Shown here: one piece after another, positions 35,865 through 48,714 of the stretch
Layout of the letters: every line of letters begins with the position of its first letter
Numbering within the stretch: the first letter of the stretch is position 1
Source of the DNA: Microthyrium microscopicum
Taxonomy: Eukaryota
DNA length: 64,000 nucleotides
Reading direction: 5' to 3'
NCBI GenBank assembly: GCA_010405405.1
Contig: MU004240.1
Coordinates: forward strand, 1,498,814-1,562,813
Program-made: the position numbers and the translations under genes
Notes under the pieces: generated by a model
The model's database searches: none
What the model was told of the DNA's origin: nothing
What the model saw: the letters and a program-made list of their open reading frames with translations, nothing else

Positions 35865-37435
35865 CTATAACTTCGCCTTCTCCTTGCCCACCCCCGGCGC
35901 CTTCTCCATCGGCCCAGCCAACCCATCATAAACCGCAAATCCCCTCATATCACTCGGCACCGGCAAAATATGCCCATGGCTAATCAACCCCCTCGCATCA
36001 ACCATACTCGGCTGCAAATCCTCCACCCGCGCTGCCCCAATCAACCGCATATTCATCTCCATCTCATCCTTGAGCAACTGCATCGCTCTATCCACACCAG
36101 CAAGGCCATAAGCGCTCATTGCATATAGAAACGGTCTCCCTATACCGACTCCCGTGGCCCCAAGACATAATGCTTTGATGATATCAGTTGCGCGCCGTAC
36201 TCCTCCATCAATGTAGATCTCTATCGCCTTGTCAAGTCCTTGCGCGCGTAGGACGGGCATAACTTCAGCGAGGACTTCGATGCCTGAACGCGCAGTGTCG
36301 AGTTGCCGCCCTCCGTGGTTCGAGAGAACGACGCCGTGAACGCCTACGTCGATTGCGCGCAGCACGTCTTCAACGCGTTGCACGCCTTTGAGGATGATGG
36401 GCATTTTCGTTATGCTCAAGAACCATGGTATATCTTTCCAGCTTAGACTTGGATCGATAAAACTGCTTATTGCGCGCGCTGCTCCTTGGGAGCGATCTAC
36501 GTTGTCGCCGCCTTTGTTTTGCACGTTTGAGCCGACGTCGCTGAATTTGGACCGCATGTCTTTTTCTCGTCGACCGAGTTGGGGGGCATCGACGGTGATG
36601 AAGAGGCCTTTGCAGCCGCGTTTTTCGGCGTGTTGGACGATTTTGCGGGTGATTTCGCGGTCTTTGTTGACGTAGAGTTGTAGCCATTGGACTTGGTCTC
36701 CTTCTGCGGCGTCCATGATCTCGTCGAATGAACAGGATGCCAGTGTAGGTATCATCTGCACGACATTATGCCTCTTTGCGCCCTTTGTGAGCAAAACCTC
36801 GCCTTCCGGATGTCCAAGTTTGCCGAGTGCCGTAGCAGTAACGTAGAACGGTATAGAGACTTTCGAACCAAGCATCGTAGTTGATGTATCAATGGTGCCT
36901 ACATCAACCAGCACCCGCGGTCTAAACCAAATCTTCTGAAACGCATTCCTATTCTCGCGCATCGTCTACTCACCACATTAGCCCAAACATCTCTCCTTCC
37001 CAGAACAGCAAAACTCACAATCTCATCATCAGCCGCACTGCTATAATAAGCCCAAGCCTGCCCCTTCATAACCCTCTTCGCCACACTCTCAAAATCCAAT
37101 AAATTAAAACACTCATCCAACCCCGGCATCCTCTCCACCCTCTCCAACCGCGCCCGTTCCTCATCATCAATCTCCTCCTCAACTTTCTCCACACCACTCA
37201 TATCGACATCGCCCAAATGTTTGTCTTTCGGTAGATACTTGTCCAGCGTATCTGGTGGATGGATCGGCTCAAAGGCAGTGGTGGCGTCTTTGCCGGCATA
37301 TTTTAGGATTATGGCGGGGCCGCCGGGGTGTTCGGGGAGAAATTCGGTGACGTCGTAGGCTTTGCGGTGGACGATTACCCAGCAGGAGGATTTGCTGTTG
37401 TGGGTGGCGATTTCGTCGCCGGTGAGCTTGGCCAT
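35865..37435 (-). CDS. CYB2: Flavocytochrome b2 (L-lactate / alpha-hydroxy acid dehydrogenase) with PTS1
   Basis: Cytochrome b5 domain (YDVTEFLPEHPGG), then FMN domain (YYSSAADDE, TATALGKLG, ITVDAPQLGRRE, SNHGGRQLD, DGGVRR). One intron; ends in AKL*. Confidence 0.92.
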
Positions 37436-38229
37436 TGGAACAGGGGAGTGGGTAGGCGGGAGAGGTCGAGGGTCAGTGAGGTCGAGGTGTGCTGTATGAT
37501 TGAGTCTAAGAAAGAAAATATATAGCGAAGGAATTGAGAGAGTATGTATACTACTTAGCATGCACTTCACGATATCGTAGAGGGGCGGAAGTATGCAGAG
37601 TAAATATAGTAGTATGCAGGACCTCTAAACTTCAAGCTCGGTATATCGGGTAAAAGTAGCCTAGCTCAAGGTGAAAAGTCTAGGCATATCAACTCAGAGT
37701 GTATGATAAGCTTTAAAATCTGCAAAGTGCGGAAAGAATTGCGTTCGGGCGGGCGGGAGCGAACAAGGTGGAGTTCTCAAGATCCAAACCTCGTTGACAG
37801 CTTTTAAGTGGAGTGACGACATTTTGTGCAGGGCAGGGGTTTGTATGATCCACACAGAGGGAAGGTATATCAAATCTGAATTTACTATTGCAAAAATATG
37901 ATGATGGGGTAGTAGTAATATTGTATTGTTACAAGTTTTGAGCTAAGCCTGACAATAGTGAAAAAGCTTTACATAATGCTGTCGTGAAGGGTAATCTAGT
38001 GTTGTTGCCTGAAGGTGATCCGTAGCAGAGATATCTATCGAATTTATATCCGTCGCTAGTAGATATGGAAAATGCATGTCATTGCAAGTCGCTATGCAAT
38101 GTAAAGAATAAGATGCATCTAACGCCAACAAATGCTGGTTCCTTAAAGATCATCCATGCCAATCATGAGGCAAGACCGTTCCATACATAATCATTCGCCA
38201 TATATCCATGGTACAACCATGAGTTATTC

Positions 38230-40916
38230 TCATGCGGACCGTGGTGTTTGTTCCGCTAACCATTCCAACACAGTCTCATAGCAAAGTACATATTGCCTTA
38301 AGCTTTGCACCATGCTGAGCCGCTGCAGACGAAAGTCCTCGACAGCTTTCTCAACCAAGTCAATATCATCGCGAACAACCCAGTCCTGCTCGCCATTCCC
38401 AGACATTGGAGTGATTGATCCGCTACTTGAGTTATCTGTAAGCTCATGTGACGAGAAGACACTGGAGAGCGATTTGTCGATTTCCATGGGTGTATATTGA
38501 CGGTCTAGTGAAACCGGCTTGCTTTGCTTTCGATGGGTGCGCTGTCGCTTCATCATATCGATGACCGAGTCGACTGTGCAGAATGTTCCAGTGCGACCAC
38601 ATCCGGCGCTGCAATGTACAAGCATAGGGCGTACGTCGTCTTCAGCTGGAGTTGCTGGTGACGCTGCAGTTGTTCGTCGGACAACTGCATCGCATTGCTC
38701 AACAAGACCTAGTAGATGAGCGGGGTGAGCCGGTGCGCCGAAATCAGGCCAATTGGAATATTGTAGTTGAGTAACTTCGCGCATACGTGCGAATGGCTCA
38801 AGGTCATTAGATAGGGTGAAGCGACGGACCATTACAAATGGTTGCTCAGAGTCGGGGTCTACTTCTTGAGGGAGTTGAGGTGGAGTTTTCCCAAAGACAG
38901 GATTCGTCGATCTACGGCGACCTGCTGAGGGTCTCTCTGTGTGGTGATGAATTTTGGAGGGTTCAAGCGAGGCTCGATGTTCGGATAGGAAGGTGAGATG
39001 TAGAGGGCCAAAGTGTTTTTGCGACCAGTAGTTGTGGGCCTTGACTTGACCAGATTCCATTTCAGCAGTAAGCATCAAAATCACGCGTACGTCTTGCTGC
39101 CATACAGCCTTCCAAAAGTCCTATTACATGTTAGCAACAATCTTAGGGATCAATCAGGGAAACTTACATTGAAAGTGCTCGGTATGGGACCTTGAGTAGC
39201 AATGTATCGCTTGTTAGACCAAGTTGCTTTGATGTGATTTGCATTGATGTAATCGCATGCGCCTGCTGGTAAACCCTCAATTTTGACTCTGGAATGCTCG
39301 TATGGCCAGATATTGTTGTACCGGTTTTTGGATCCTTTTTCGATACCAGCGAGTTGCACGTTCCGGGTGCCTGGAGTACCTGGAGTGCCATAGTGAACTT
39401 GACCGGAAAGCGCTTGCTGCATCCGTTTTTGCTCCATCTTTTCGATAGCGAGGAATTTGTCCGACGCCAGCTTCCCGTCGTTGCGCTCATCAGAAGCTAA
39501 TCTTAGCCATTGAGGAATCTCTTCTAACTGGACAGCAGTCATATTGATTGGCCGTTTCATAGCAATTTGTCCGACACCGCCGATGAGATCCATGTTCTGT
39601 CTGATGTTGCCAAAGAAAGGGTTAGCGGCACTTTTCGTCATTGGCATCGGGCATCCTCCTATGACCGGGGCCAGATTATTTGAAGGTAGTGTGAGTAACG
39701 ATGCCGGTGATTCGTTGCTAGATGAACTGCTATCTGTTTGCACAAAAAGCGGGAACTGCCTTGCAAAGTCATAGAATCCGCCGCGAATGACATATGACGT
39801 GCCGGACCAACCTTCGGTTGCAAATTTCTTGAGCATATTGACGCAAGCCTGTGCATCCTTTGCCTTGGAAGCACTTGCATCGTACACGACGATATATTTA
39901 CAGCTGCGCCACCGCTCGAATTTCTTCTTTTGATCTGCTGACCGATTGAACGTTTCGGCCAGCTTTTGGGTGTTGTAGGATGCCCGCTTCAGCAATGTAG
40001 TTGGAATACATAGGTTTAACGCACCCCGAATCTTTGAACGAGAATATTGAGTTGATACTCTCAGATCGAGTAATAAGACCTCCTCGTTTGATGCTTCGAG
40101 AAGCGTGACGATATGAGATGGTGGCGCAAAAGGTGGTCCATCAGTAGAATCCATCCCTTCTTTTCGTCCATTTGTTGGTAATGTCTCTGCACGCGAATGT
40201 AATGCAGCTAATGGCGCATTATGGATTGCAGGGGGAAGAGAAAGCCGTATTTCGTCATCTCGTAGAAATTGCACGGCCTGAGGAGCCGCCAAGGCTTCCC
40301 GGTCGGTAAAGCCAGCAGGAGAGTTGCGACGCGGTCGATCTGTGATATTAGTGTAGGGAGATGATAGAGTTCGTTTTGGAGATCTAGGCTTTTCTTCATG
40401 TAGATATGTTTCTAGTGCACCAGGAACGGTTTTGGTGGTCGGTGATGTCACCTTGACAGATGTTGGTCTAGAAGGTTGTACATCCCCACCCTGTGACGCA
40501 AATGACGACGATATATTGAAATTGAAACCGCTTTGAGAACCACGAAGATCAGATTGACGCTTGAACTCTGCAAAATCTGGATTTTGGTCGACAGGAATGA
40601 TTCGTGGGCTTGCTGCGGCAGTCGATCGTATCCTTGATGAGGGAGGTGACCAGTTATTTCGAGCATGGGCTCCAGCACCAGAAGACGCGCCGGATTTGGA
40701 AGCATCGACGGCAAGGTTGAAATAATTTGGACTTGCATCATGACGTTCAGCAGGTTGGCGACTAGTATGTCTGCTTACAGCTGGTCGTGAAGCGCGAATC
40801 TGAGCGGAGGGTGTTGTAATGGAATTATTTGTGACGAGAGGAGTGTTGATGCGTTGATGATGGCCGCGTCCCATAGGACTCGAGCACGGAGAACGACTAG
40901 CATTGGCTGTGGACAT
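38230..40916 (-). CDS. Protein tyrosine phosphatase with rhodanese domain (Pyp1/Ptp2-Ptp3-like MAPK phosphatase)
   Basis: LLLDLR..I.GALNLCIPTTLLKR (rhodanese), KNRYNNIWPY, DYINAN, YIATQGP, WPDFG, VHCSAGCGRTG and QRLSMVQSLRQY. One intron near 39121..39167. Confidence 0.93.
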
Positions 40917-43900
40917 TTTGGCGTTGATGTGTGAGTGCGAATTCAGGGTCCTAGCCTTGGAGTATCCGATTAGATGCAGAATCGTGTGCGGCAAGATTCA
41001 GGTCCCATCAATTGTTGTAACAACAAAATATGAACATGTTGTGGAAGCGGTAGAATCCAGGTACAAATGGTGGGCGCTGGAAAGGTGATAGAAGCGGCGT
41101 TGAATAGGTGAGTTAATGGCGAGAGGTGATGTTAGGGAAAGGAGGGATTGTTTGAGAAGTGAGAATAAAGGTGGTGGAGATGGGGAGTGGATAAGTAAGT
41201 AAGAATAGGAAGGGAACCAACGTCAGTAGTTGTTTCGCCAATTTAGTGGGCTTCCCGGTGGCAGAGAATAGAGAGCAGCGAGTTTATTCAGCCAAAGCAG
41301 CCAAAGGTAGGCAAGCCAGGGTGGGAGGATGCACAGAGATGATGGCGAATTGGCTATGACGTCGGTTCAGCAGTCTTAAGGGAGAGGCAAGTGTGTCAGC
41401 CTCACCAAAAATCAGTCCACCAAGAGTCCAGACCGATCAACAGACGAGACAAAGACAAAGAAAGTCAGCGAGGCTTTGTTCCTGGAAGAGGCTGATGTTT
41501 CGCAAACACACACCAATGCCTCAACGTGGAAGTCGGCAGGATATAGGAAAGAGCCAGGTGATGCGAACTAGTAGTAAAGTAGTCGGTTGACGAGGGTGGT
41601 GTTACTGGCGTGGTGGGCACTGGACAATAGTCATCAAACTCGGGCTGAGCAATTCAGGTGAGCAGGCTACGTTACAAATTACTCTTACCGTCTTGCGGAA
41701 TCTACGGAGTAAAGAGGCATTGATCAAGTCTGCGTTCATAGCAGGTTCTAGCCTTCAAGGCATTCCATTTCAGATGGCAAGCGCTGAGAACCAAGGCAAT
41801 TGCTCTCCAAAAACCCACGATTACACATTATATCAGATCAGATGCACGTTATTAATATGGAATTATCCACGCCTTCTGCCTTTGGCTCCACACCAATTCA
41901 ACTCAACAACCCGCGACCCTGGGGCCTGCATACCATTGCACTTGTAGAATCGTGCCGCTCGTTAATAATACTATTAATACAGCTCAAACCGGTAGCCTTG
42001 GCCCTCGAAACTTTGACCATGTCTAAGCTCCCGGAGTCTTCTCCGTTGCTGCCAACCACGACCTTCTTTTAATTGTTTTCCAGAACATCTCCTGATACAC
42101 TCGTCATCACTCAAAAAAGTACATGCAAAAAGTAGAATCGTTGAATTCTCCGCGCCAACTCACGATTGGTGTATGCGTTGAACCATTCACGGGAACCATC
42201 GCGTGCTACCCTTTTGGCTGGGTTGCTTTCGCCCATGGTACTGGCCTCCCTACCTGTACCACCATCCCATGGCCTCTAATGAGGCCGCCTGAAAGCAGTA
42301 TTGCTGCATAACTCATTTCTTTCTCGATGCAGACCAGTTGCAATTCCAGACATCGAACCCATGATACTAATAGCAATGAATATAGGGACGTTTCGCATTA
42401 CTATATGATTCGTCATGGAAGCCCACTATCGGTCTGAACCCAAACAGGGCAAACCAAGCACAGAGTAACAAACAGGGAAACAATTGCACATAATCAGCAA
42501 CAAGGTACGGTGGCATCCATCCATCTACAATCCCCTCCCGTCCCACCAACCACAGATTCGTTGGATGAGTGTGTGAGTGGATCATGACAAGCGAGGGAAT
42601 ATGCACGAAGCCTGCTAGCGTGCACCCTGTTGATGCGAGCCAAATTCTAGACCACATCTCTTCCATTCTTCCCGCGATATATCTGTATGCTGTGTTTTAC
42701 TCTATCTCTGGATGCTTGTTCTACTTACACGATATATGCACGCGAGCTTATCCTTCAGCTGGCTTCGTAACACGCCTTCAAAGATCCAGAACGTCGTGAT
42801 GATGACCGTTGCAACGCACAGATCAGTTAGACCCTGATGACATCACTGGCGCAAAAGTCAATCTCATTGTTGTCAATCTATATCCGTTTTCGGCTCTCGG
42901 CATCGCCCGCAGCCAGCTGGTCGTTTCAAATTATTCCCAAAGAGGGTTTCGAGATGTCGTGGTTTGCACATCACTGCCTACTTATCTTGAATTTGAACGT
43001 GCCTGAGCCAAAGGAGAAAACTTTCCGTTGCGCAACTTCACTGTTTGCTAACTTCCAACCTCAACTCCCAACTTCCTTCCATGATGCATACTGCATCCAA
43101 CGTGGACTGACACTTAAACATTAAATTCACACGCGGTCTGGACTCTCGAAAATGGCGACAGTTTGAACCCACAATTGAATATTGAACATTTTATAGCATC
43201 AATTTCCAACTTCCAAGGTTGTTTCATGCTGTAGGAAAGAAAGCTACTCATGCAATCACCAGGATCACTCGTGCTGAACCCCACATATCGATGCGGTGAA
43301 GGGTCTTTTTCGCTATGCCCACGTTCTAGACTAATATAGAGCTTGTGAGCTGTTGATGCAGTCGGCTTCGTTGACATCAAGAACTCGTTCTCAACACCGT
43401 TGTATGGAATTTTACAGATTCCCATATCATCCAAATATTCCAAATTTACATCTAAGGCTTCGCATCAAGGGGTATACGTACATGGAGCTAGAGTAGCCGG
43501 TAATGATAAGTTGCGGATTGTGTTGGAAGCGGCGGGGCCTTCTAAACGCACCGGAATATTTTATGCATCTCCGGTGCAACTGATGAATGCCATGTCACAG
43601 AGTATTGCGCCTACAGTAATCAGTAGTGGACGGATAATTTGCATATTCCTATCCCAAATTTCCCGAATGGCATTCGACTTTTTGTCAAGCCGATATCTAT
43701 GCGATCATTGATGTTCTAGTTCATGATGGTAAGAACTTCTGCAAATACAGATAATGTTGTGGAATATATCGTGAGCTTCATTGCACGCCCTCTAACTTCC
43801 AAAATCATATTAGAAGATTCAATTGAGAATCCATCAAGGGCTTGCGTCCAAGAAATTACCTGTCTTCTTCTCATTATCACTTTACAATTATTAAAAGGAT

Positions 43901-44513
43901 AGAAAGTCATACATGAAAGATATGTACACAGATCTTGACTAGACATAACGGCATACCAGCTGTCTCGTCAGACCACTCTATTCGCTCATAAACTGTTCTC
44001 AGAACAAAAGTCAGTGTATCAACAACCACTACAAAATTCAGCTAGTAACAACCATTATCGAAACCATACATACAACGTCTAACTACAATCATCATACCAA
44101 ATTCCTTAGACAAATCACTCCTTACGAAAGCCAGCACGCAGTCCAAATATAGGACTCAAGACCCAAAACCTATCTTGATCTCTCTATCCAACAAATTCTA
44201 CCTATCGGCAGCCGGCAAGCCCCATCAGTCCAACCAATACACTCCCTTCTATAAAGGCCAGCCCCAAGCACCCAAATCCAGGTTCTACTCATCTCGCTCG
44301 TAACTAATAATTGCGCGCAATATAAAAATCGCCTATAAGCATTTTCATGCGCACGAAAGACTGGAGGGGAAATTAGAACAACATGGATTCGAATTTGTGA
44401 GAGTTCAGTATAAGATTTACATACTTCCTACCTCTCGATATAAAATTAAACTTTTATCCACCGTTCTCTACTCACATATACTAAAGTTTTCACTCGTTTC
44501 TTAACCTTCGAAA

Positions 44514-44900
44514 ATGCAGTTCAAATCGGCAGTTTTGTTGTTGTTGGGATGTAGCTCCATTGTGTCTGCGCGCGTTGCGTTACCACAGGCGCTAATGGAT
44601 AAGTCGATATGCTTTGATGCGTTTGATTGTCTTTTGGTAAGTGATACTTCACTCAATCTGGATATTAGGAGGTTATGGGCTAATGTGGGTGTATAGTCTG
44701 GTAGCTGGAATTGCGATAGGAGTGGGAACAATGGATATTTATTCGGACTTTTAGGGTAAGTGAAGACACTGAATGATTGATGGGAAAATACTGATTGTGA
44801 TAGAACGTGTACTTCTTCGTCTACTCCTGCTGCGGCTGCGACTCCTGCTGCGGCTGCGACTCCTGCTGCGGCTGCGACTCTGGCGGCGAAGAGTACTTAG
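44514..44900 (+). CDS. Small secreted cysteine-containing peptide (about 92 aa) with TPAAAA repeat tail
   Basis: Exons 44514-44636, 44697-44755 and 44804-44900, with two GTAAGT..TAG introns bearing CTAAT/CTGAT branch sites. Translation: MQFKSAVLLLLGCSSIVSARVALPQALMDKSICFDAFDCLL|SGSWNCDRSGNNGYLFGLLG|TCTSSSTPAAAATPAAAATPAAAATLAAKST*. Confidence 0.8.
44823..44880 (+). repeat. Perfect 18-bp tandem repeat x3 (ACTCCTGCTGCGGCTGCG)
   Basis: Directly visible; encodes TPAAAA. Confidence 0.95.
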
Positions 44901-46112
44901 TAGAAGTTATGGGGAAGATGGGAAAAGCTGGAGACATTAGCTATAATATGATTGTCGAGTCATAACATCACTTTGCACTGGCTGTAGAAGAGCATATCCA
45001 AGTCAAAGTTCTATTATTCTCTAAGTTGTCTTTCGCATCATTGAGCCTTCTCGAGAAAACACAGCCTCATAGCCTTACATTCTATATTTCAGTGAACGTT
45101 CCACCCCCTTGTCTGCCATGTCCGAATCAGTGAATCAATACAAGTCTGTTAGGCCCGATGTTACTGTGACTAACGCAAGCGTCCGTGCTAGAGGTGTAGT
45201 CACAACTACTGCTCCTTTTCTGTTTGGCGTTGTATTCTGCAGACATCACGTTTGGCTACTGAGTTTGTTGTACCTGTTAATCGTTGGTTTTTAAGCAGTC
45301 TATGTACATCAAAAGTGATTGCAAGTTGTGGAAATAACTCTAGGGTATACAACGTGCGAATTATCACTGCCTGGTGGTTGTGCACGAGCTGATAGCAGAT
45401 ACAATCGAGACTTCGTTTGGATGTCTATCGGTAATGTATGCTGTGCAGGGCCCAATGAGGTAGTCTTGTGAAGTAAGCTGAGGTTGGTGTCTTTCCGACA
45501 TGAATCGAAAATGAATATTCTGTATCAACTCCGTGAAGATATCTTGTGCTAATTGCCTTGGAACTCATACGCGATCAATCTCCTCGTAGTCACTTCACAT
45601 CAATACCATGTGTAGCCCAAAATCTCTCGTGCTTTTCTCATGTCAAATACCGCCTTTGTACTCAGCATCGTCTGAAGTACTGGACATTAATTTGCACCAC
45701 GTACCCGTTTGATACAATCCAAAGGTTTGCAAACTGTCTTTCCTCCGATTGAAGTATTGGAATCCAACGTCCGGTTTGACCCAACGATGCCTTGGAAGAC
45801 ATAGCCATGGTCAAACGACTTGTCAAATAGTCAGTGAAGAAGTCTAGAATCAATGGGTATTAAAGAGTAGCTAATAGTGAGTTTTGGATCCATATCATCT
45901 TCATATCTAACTCATTGCAAAAATCAATTCTATCAACTTTCCAAGCCTGTTCTGGTCAACGGGTTCAACCACCTCCAATCTACAGTCTCTTCAACGGTCT
46001 TTCCATACTCATACTTCAACTCCGTTCTGGTCAACGGCTTCAATCACGTTCTGTGTACCTACGAAATCTGTCTGTCCTTGAATCAACCAGCTCGAACTGT
46101 TGTTGATTCAAC

Positions 46113-47409
46113 ATGGCCACTTGCTTGGTATGGGCAGGCATCTTTCATTGCGAACAAAAGTGCATAAAAATTCAAGCATCATATCCAAGGGCGCGGATTG
46201 CCAACTGGCTGCCTTGCAGTGGGGAATCACATGGCAAATTCAAAGGCAATATTATAGAGTGGTGTAAGCATATGAATCCAAATGCAAATACAAAAGACAC
46301 CCCTGAATCCAAGAGAATCTGTGGCCAGCTCCAAATTCTATCCGGGATGCCTCTTGGCCAAAAAGTGGAAAACCCTCAATATATACTGCAACACGAATCA
46401 TGCCATGAGAATCACTTGGCCAGACCTCCTGGGTTCGTGGGTTCCAAAAAAGACGAACATGATGTGAAGTACCAGATGAGAGTAGGATACGGCTGCATAC
46501 TCTATATGCTCGAAAAGGATATGTTCCAACTCTACGCCCTTGGCGACATTCCGATTGTCCTAAATGCCCAGAGAAGGTCACAATATCATATACTGTCTAG
46601 TGTCGTCGAAAACGACACCAAGATGGATATCGTAACATATACCCAAGGTTCACACTTGGCCTTGGCTGACGAAATCTGTAGAACGGAATACGAAGAGGTG
46701 AGTACTTGGTAACATAGCTCAAACCTTATTCTGACATAGGCAACAGTGGCACGCTCAATGGTATGACGAACAACGCGCCAAATTGAACGCCGGTCAGGCC
46801 ACGGATATCGCTGAAGGGAGTGGAGACGGTGTGCAAGCAAGCGGCTCTGGTGTGCAAGCAAGCGGCTCTGGTGTACAAGCAAGCGGCTCTAGTATACAAG
46901 CCCCTCAACACCTTGAAAACAGGCAGGGTGGATATGGTGCTCAAGGCACTAGGCATACTCAAAGCACTGCATATGGTCAAGATGCCCCTCAACACGTTGA
47001 TGATTGGCAAGGTGGATATGGTGCTCAAGGTACCAGACATACTCAAAGCACTGGATATGGTCAAGATGCCCCTCAACACGTTGACAATTGGCAAAGGGCA
47101 CCTGAATATGGTGCTCAAGGCACCAGACATACTCAACGCGCTGGATATGGTCAAGATGACCCTCAACACGTTGACGATTGGCAAAAGGCACCTGGATATG
47201 GTGCTCAAGGCACTAGACATACTCAAAGCACTCAATATGGTCAAGATGCCCCTCAACACGTTGACAATTGGCTAGGCACTCCAGCTGGGCATAGCACTCA
47301 GAGTGGGCAAGCGCGTGAAGCAAAAAAAAGGAGAGTCAGAGAAAAGTCAGCACAATCTGAAGAGTCTACAGGGAGCCGTAGGAGCGAGAGACCGAGAAGA
47401 CTGAGATGA
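46113..47409 (+). CDS. Orphan protein(s): Cys/His-containing N-part plus G/Q/Y tandem-repeat region with basic tail; exon junction unresolved
   Basis: ORF 46113..46712 ends at a GTGAGT..CTGACATAG intron (46698..46739). ORF 46783..47409 carries the repeats and ends KKRRVR..RRSERPRRLR. The phases do not join with that intron alone. Confidence 0.5.
46828..47270 (+). repeat. Compound coding tandem repeat: 21 bp x3, then 84-90 bp x about 4.5
   Basis: GGTGT(G/A)CAAGCAAGCGGCTCT x3 at 46828..46890. Then units of type GGATATGGTGCTCAAGG..CATACTCAA..TATGGTCAAGATGCCCCTCAACACGTTGA..TGG. Confidence 0.93.
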
Positions 47410-48714
47410 TAAGAGGTGAGCACAGTAGGGAAGAAAAAAATAGGGGCTGGTCCTCACAGAAAGATGGTTATAATTCGGTACTTTCCCGTTCATTACATGT
47501 ATCTTCTCTAGTACCTATAACACCAAAAAAAAACGAAATCGAACACTCTTTTTGCAAATTAAGATGAGGCACTGGAAGGTAAAATGGTCCACTTGAATGT
47601 GCTCAAACCTCTTTACATCTATTTGAGATTGGTCAATCCGAAGAAGACCATACGTGTAAATATGAATAGTATTCATGATTGCATCATGAGATGAGATAGG
47701 TTGGTTGTGGAGATAATGGTCACTGATGCTTCAGCAATGATGAGATTTGAACAAGTATCAATTTGCCTTTCACACAGAAAATTGGGTTTGGAGTATTCTT
47801 ATTTCTTAAGTCATTTCACAGACGAGTTACCGGGACATTATATCAACTCGAAATAAGGCTGAGCTTGGATTTAAAGTTAGCACTTCTAGCATTATCAGAG
47901 AAACTTCATCTAAATTGTGAGAGATCTGGAGGCTCTTTCAACCAATCATCAGGAACAATTTTTTATTCTTGCCTGGCCTCTTCTGACTATCATTTTCAAT
48001 TCTAATTCCATGTACAATCAAACCAGTTTGTCTGTTGATTGCCTCGTTGGTCATTCACCGTTGGCGAGTCTCCAGTCTCCACCCCCGTGGTGTATATATC
48101 TCTCACCACTCTTCCATTATCCATAGGTATACCGACACTCTCCCATGAAGCTTCTCCAGGCTGGTCCTGATTTATCACGTCGTTTATTCTTCTATCATTG
48201 TTCTTTCCTGCTGCTTCATTTTCCCCCAAGGTACGCTCAACCAGTGATCAACCACCAAATCACAACATTTTAACATATTCGCAGTTCTAACATGGATTCT
48301 TCGATATAATTAACAAGCTAAAGGCTCTTCAGCAACAAAGATTGAACCTTCTAAATCCTTCCCAGTGATTCATCCCGCTCACAGCGCCTTCATCGCACCA
48401 AATCCCGAATGCCCCATCCTCGTACAATATCACCATCAGCGAACACTGCCGGTTATCACAGCATCAAGGGCATTATGTTTCACTATATAGTTACAGAAAC
48501 AGCAATCGATAATTTTCCGGGTCGTTTTCATGCATATAAAAATCAAAATCGTACGACCGCTACAATTCTGGCAGGCACAGAAACCCAGCACGAAAACGAC
48601 CGGGCCGTACTCCACGTGGAAAAAATTCTGCCTACGATAGACGAAAACTGGAAAAGAAAAACTTCTGTTCTTTCAATCGTGTTTCTCTCAATCATTTTTG
48701 TTATACGATTGCAA

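Noticed and set aside
42100..43950. Cluster of 60-110 aa ORFs on both strands
   Set aside because: No motifs, no coherent exon chain and no clear codon bias; at most an unrecognisable relic.
46726..47275. Alternative-frame and antisense ORFs over the tandem repeat as separate genes
   Set aside because: Expected by-product of amplifying a stop-free 3n unit; no independent start or splice evidence.
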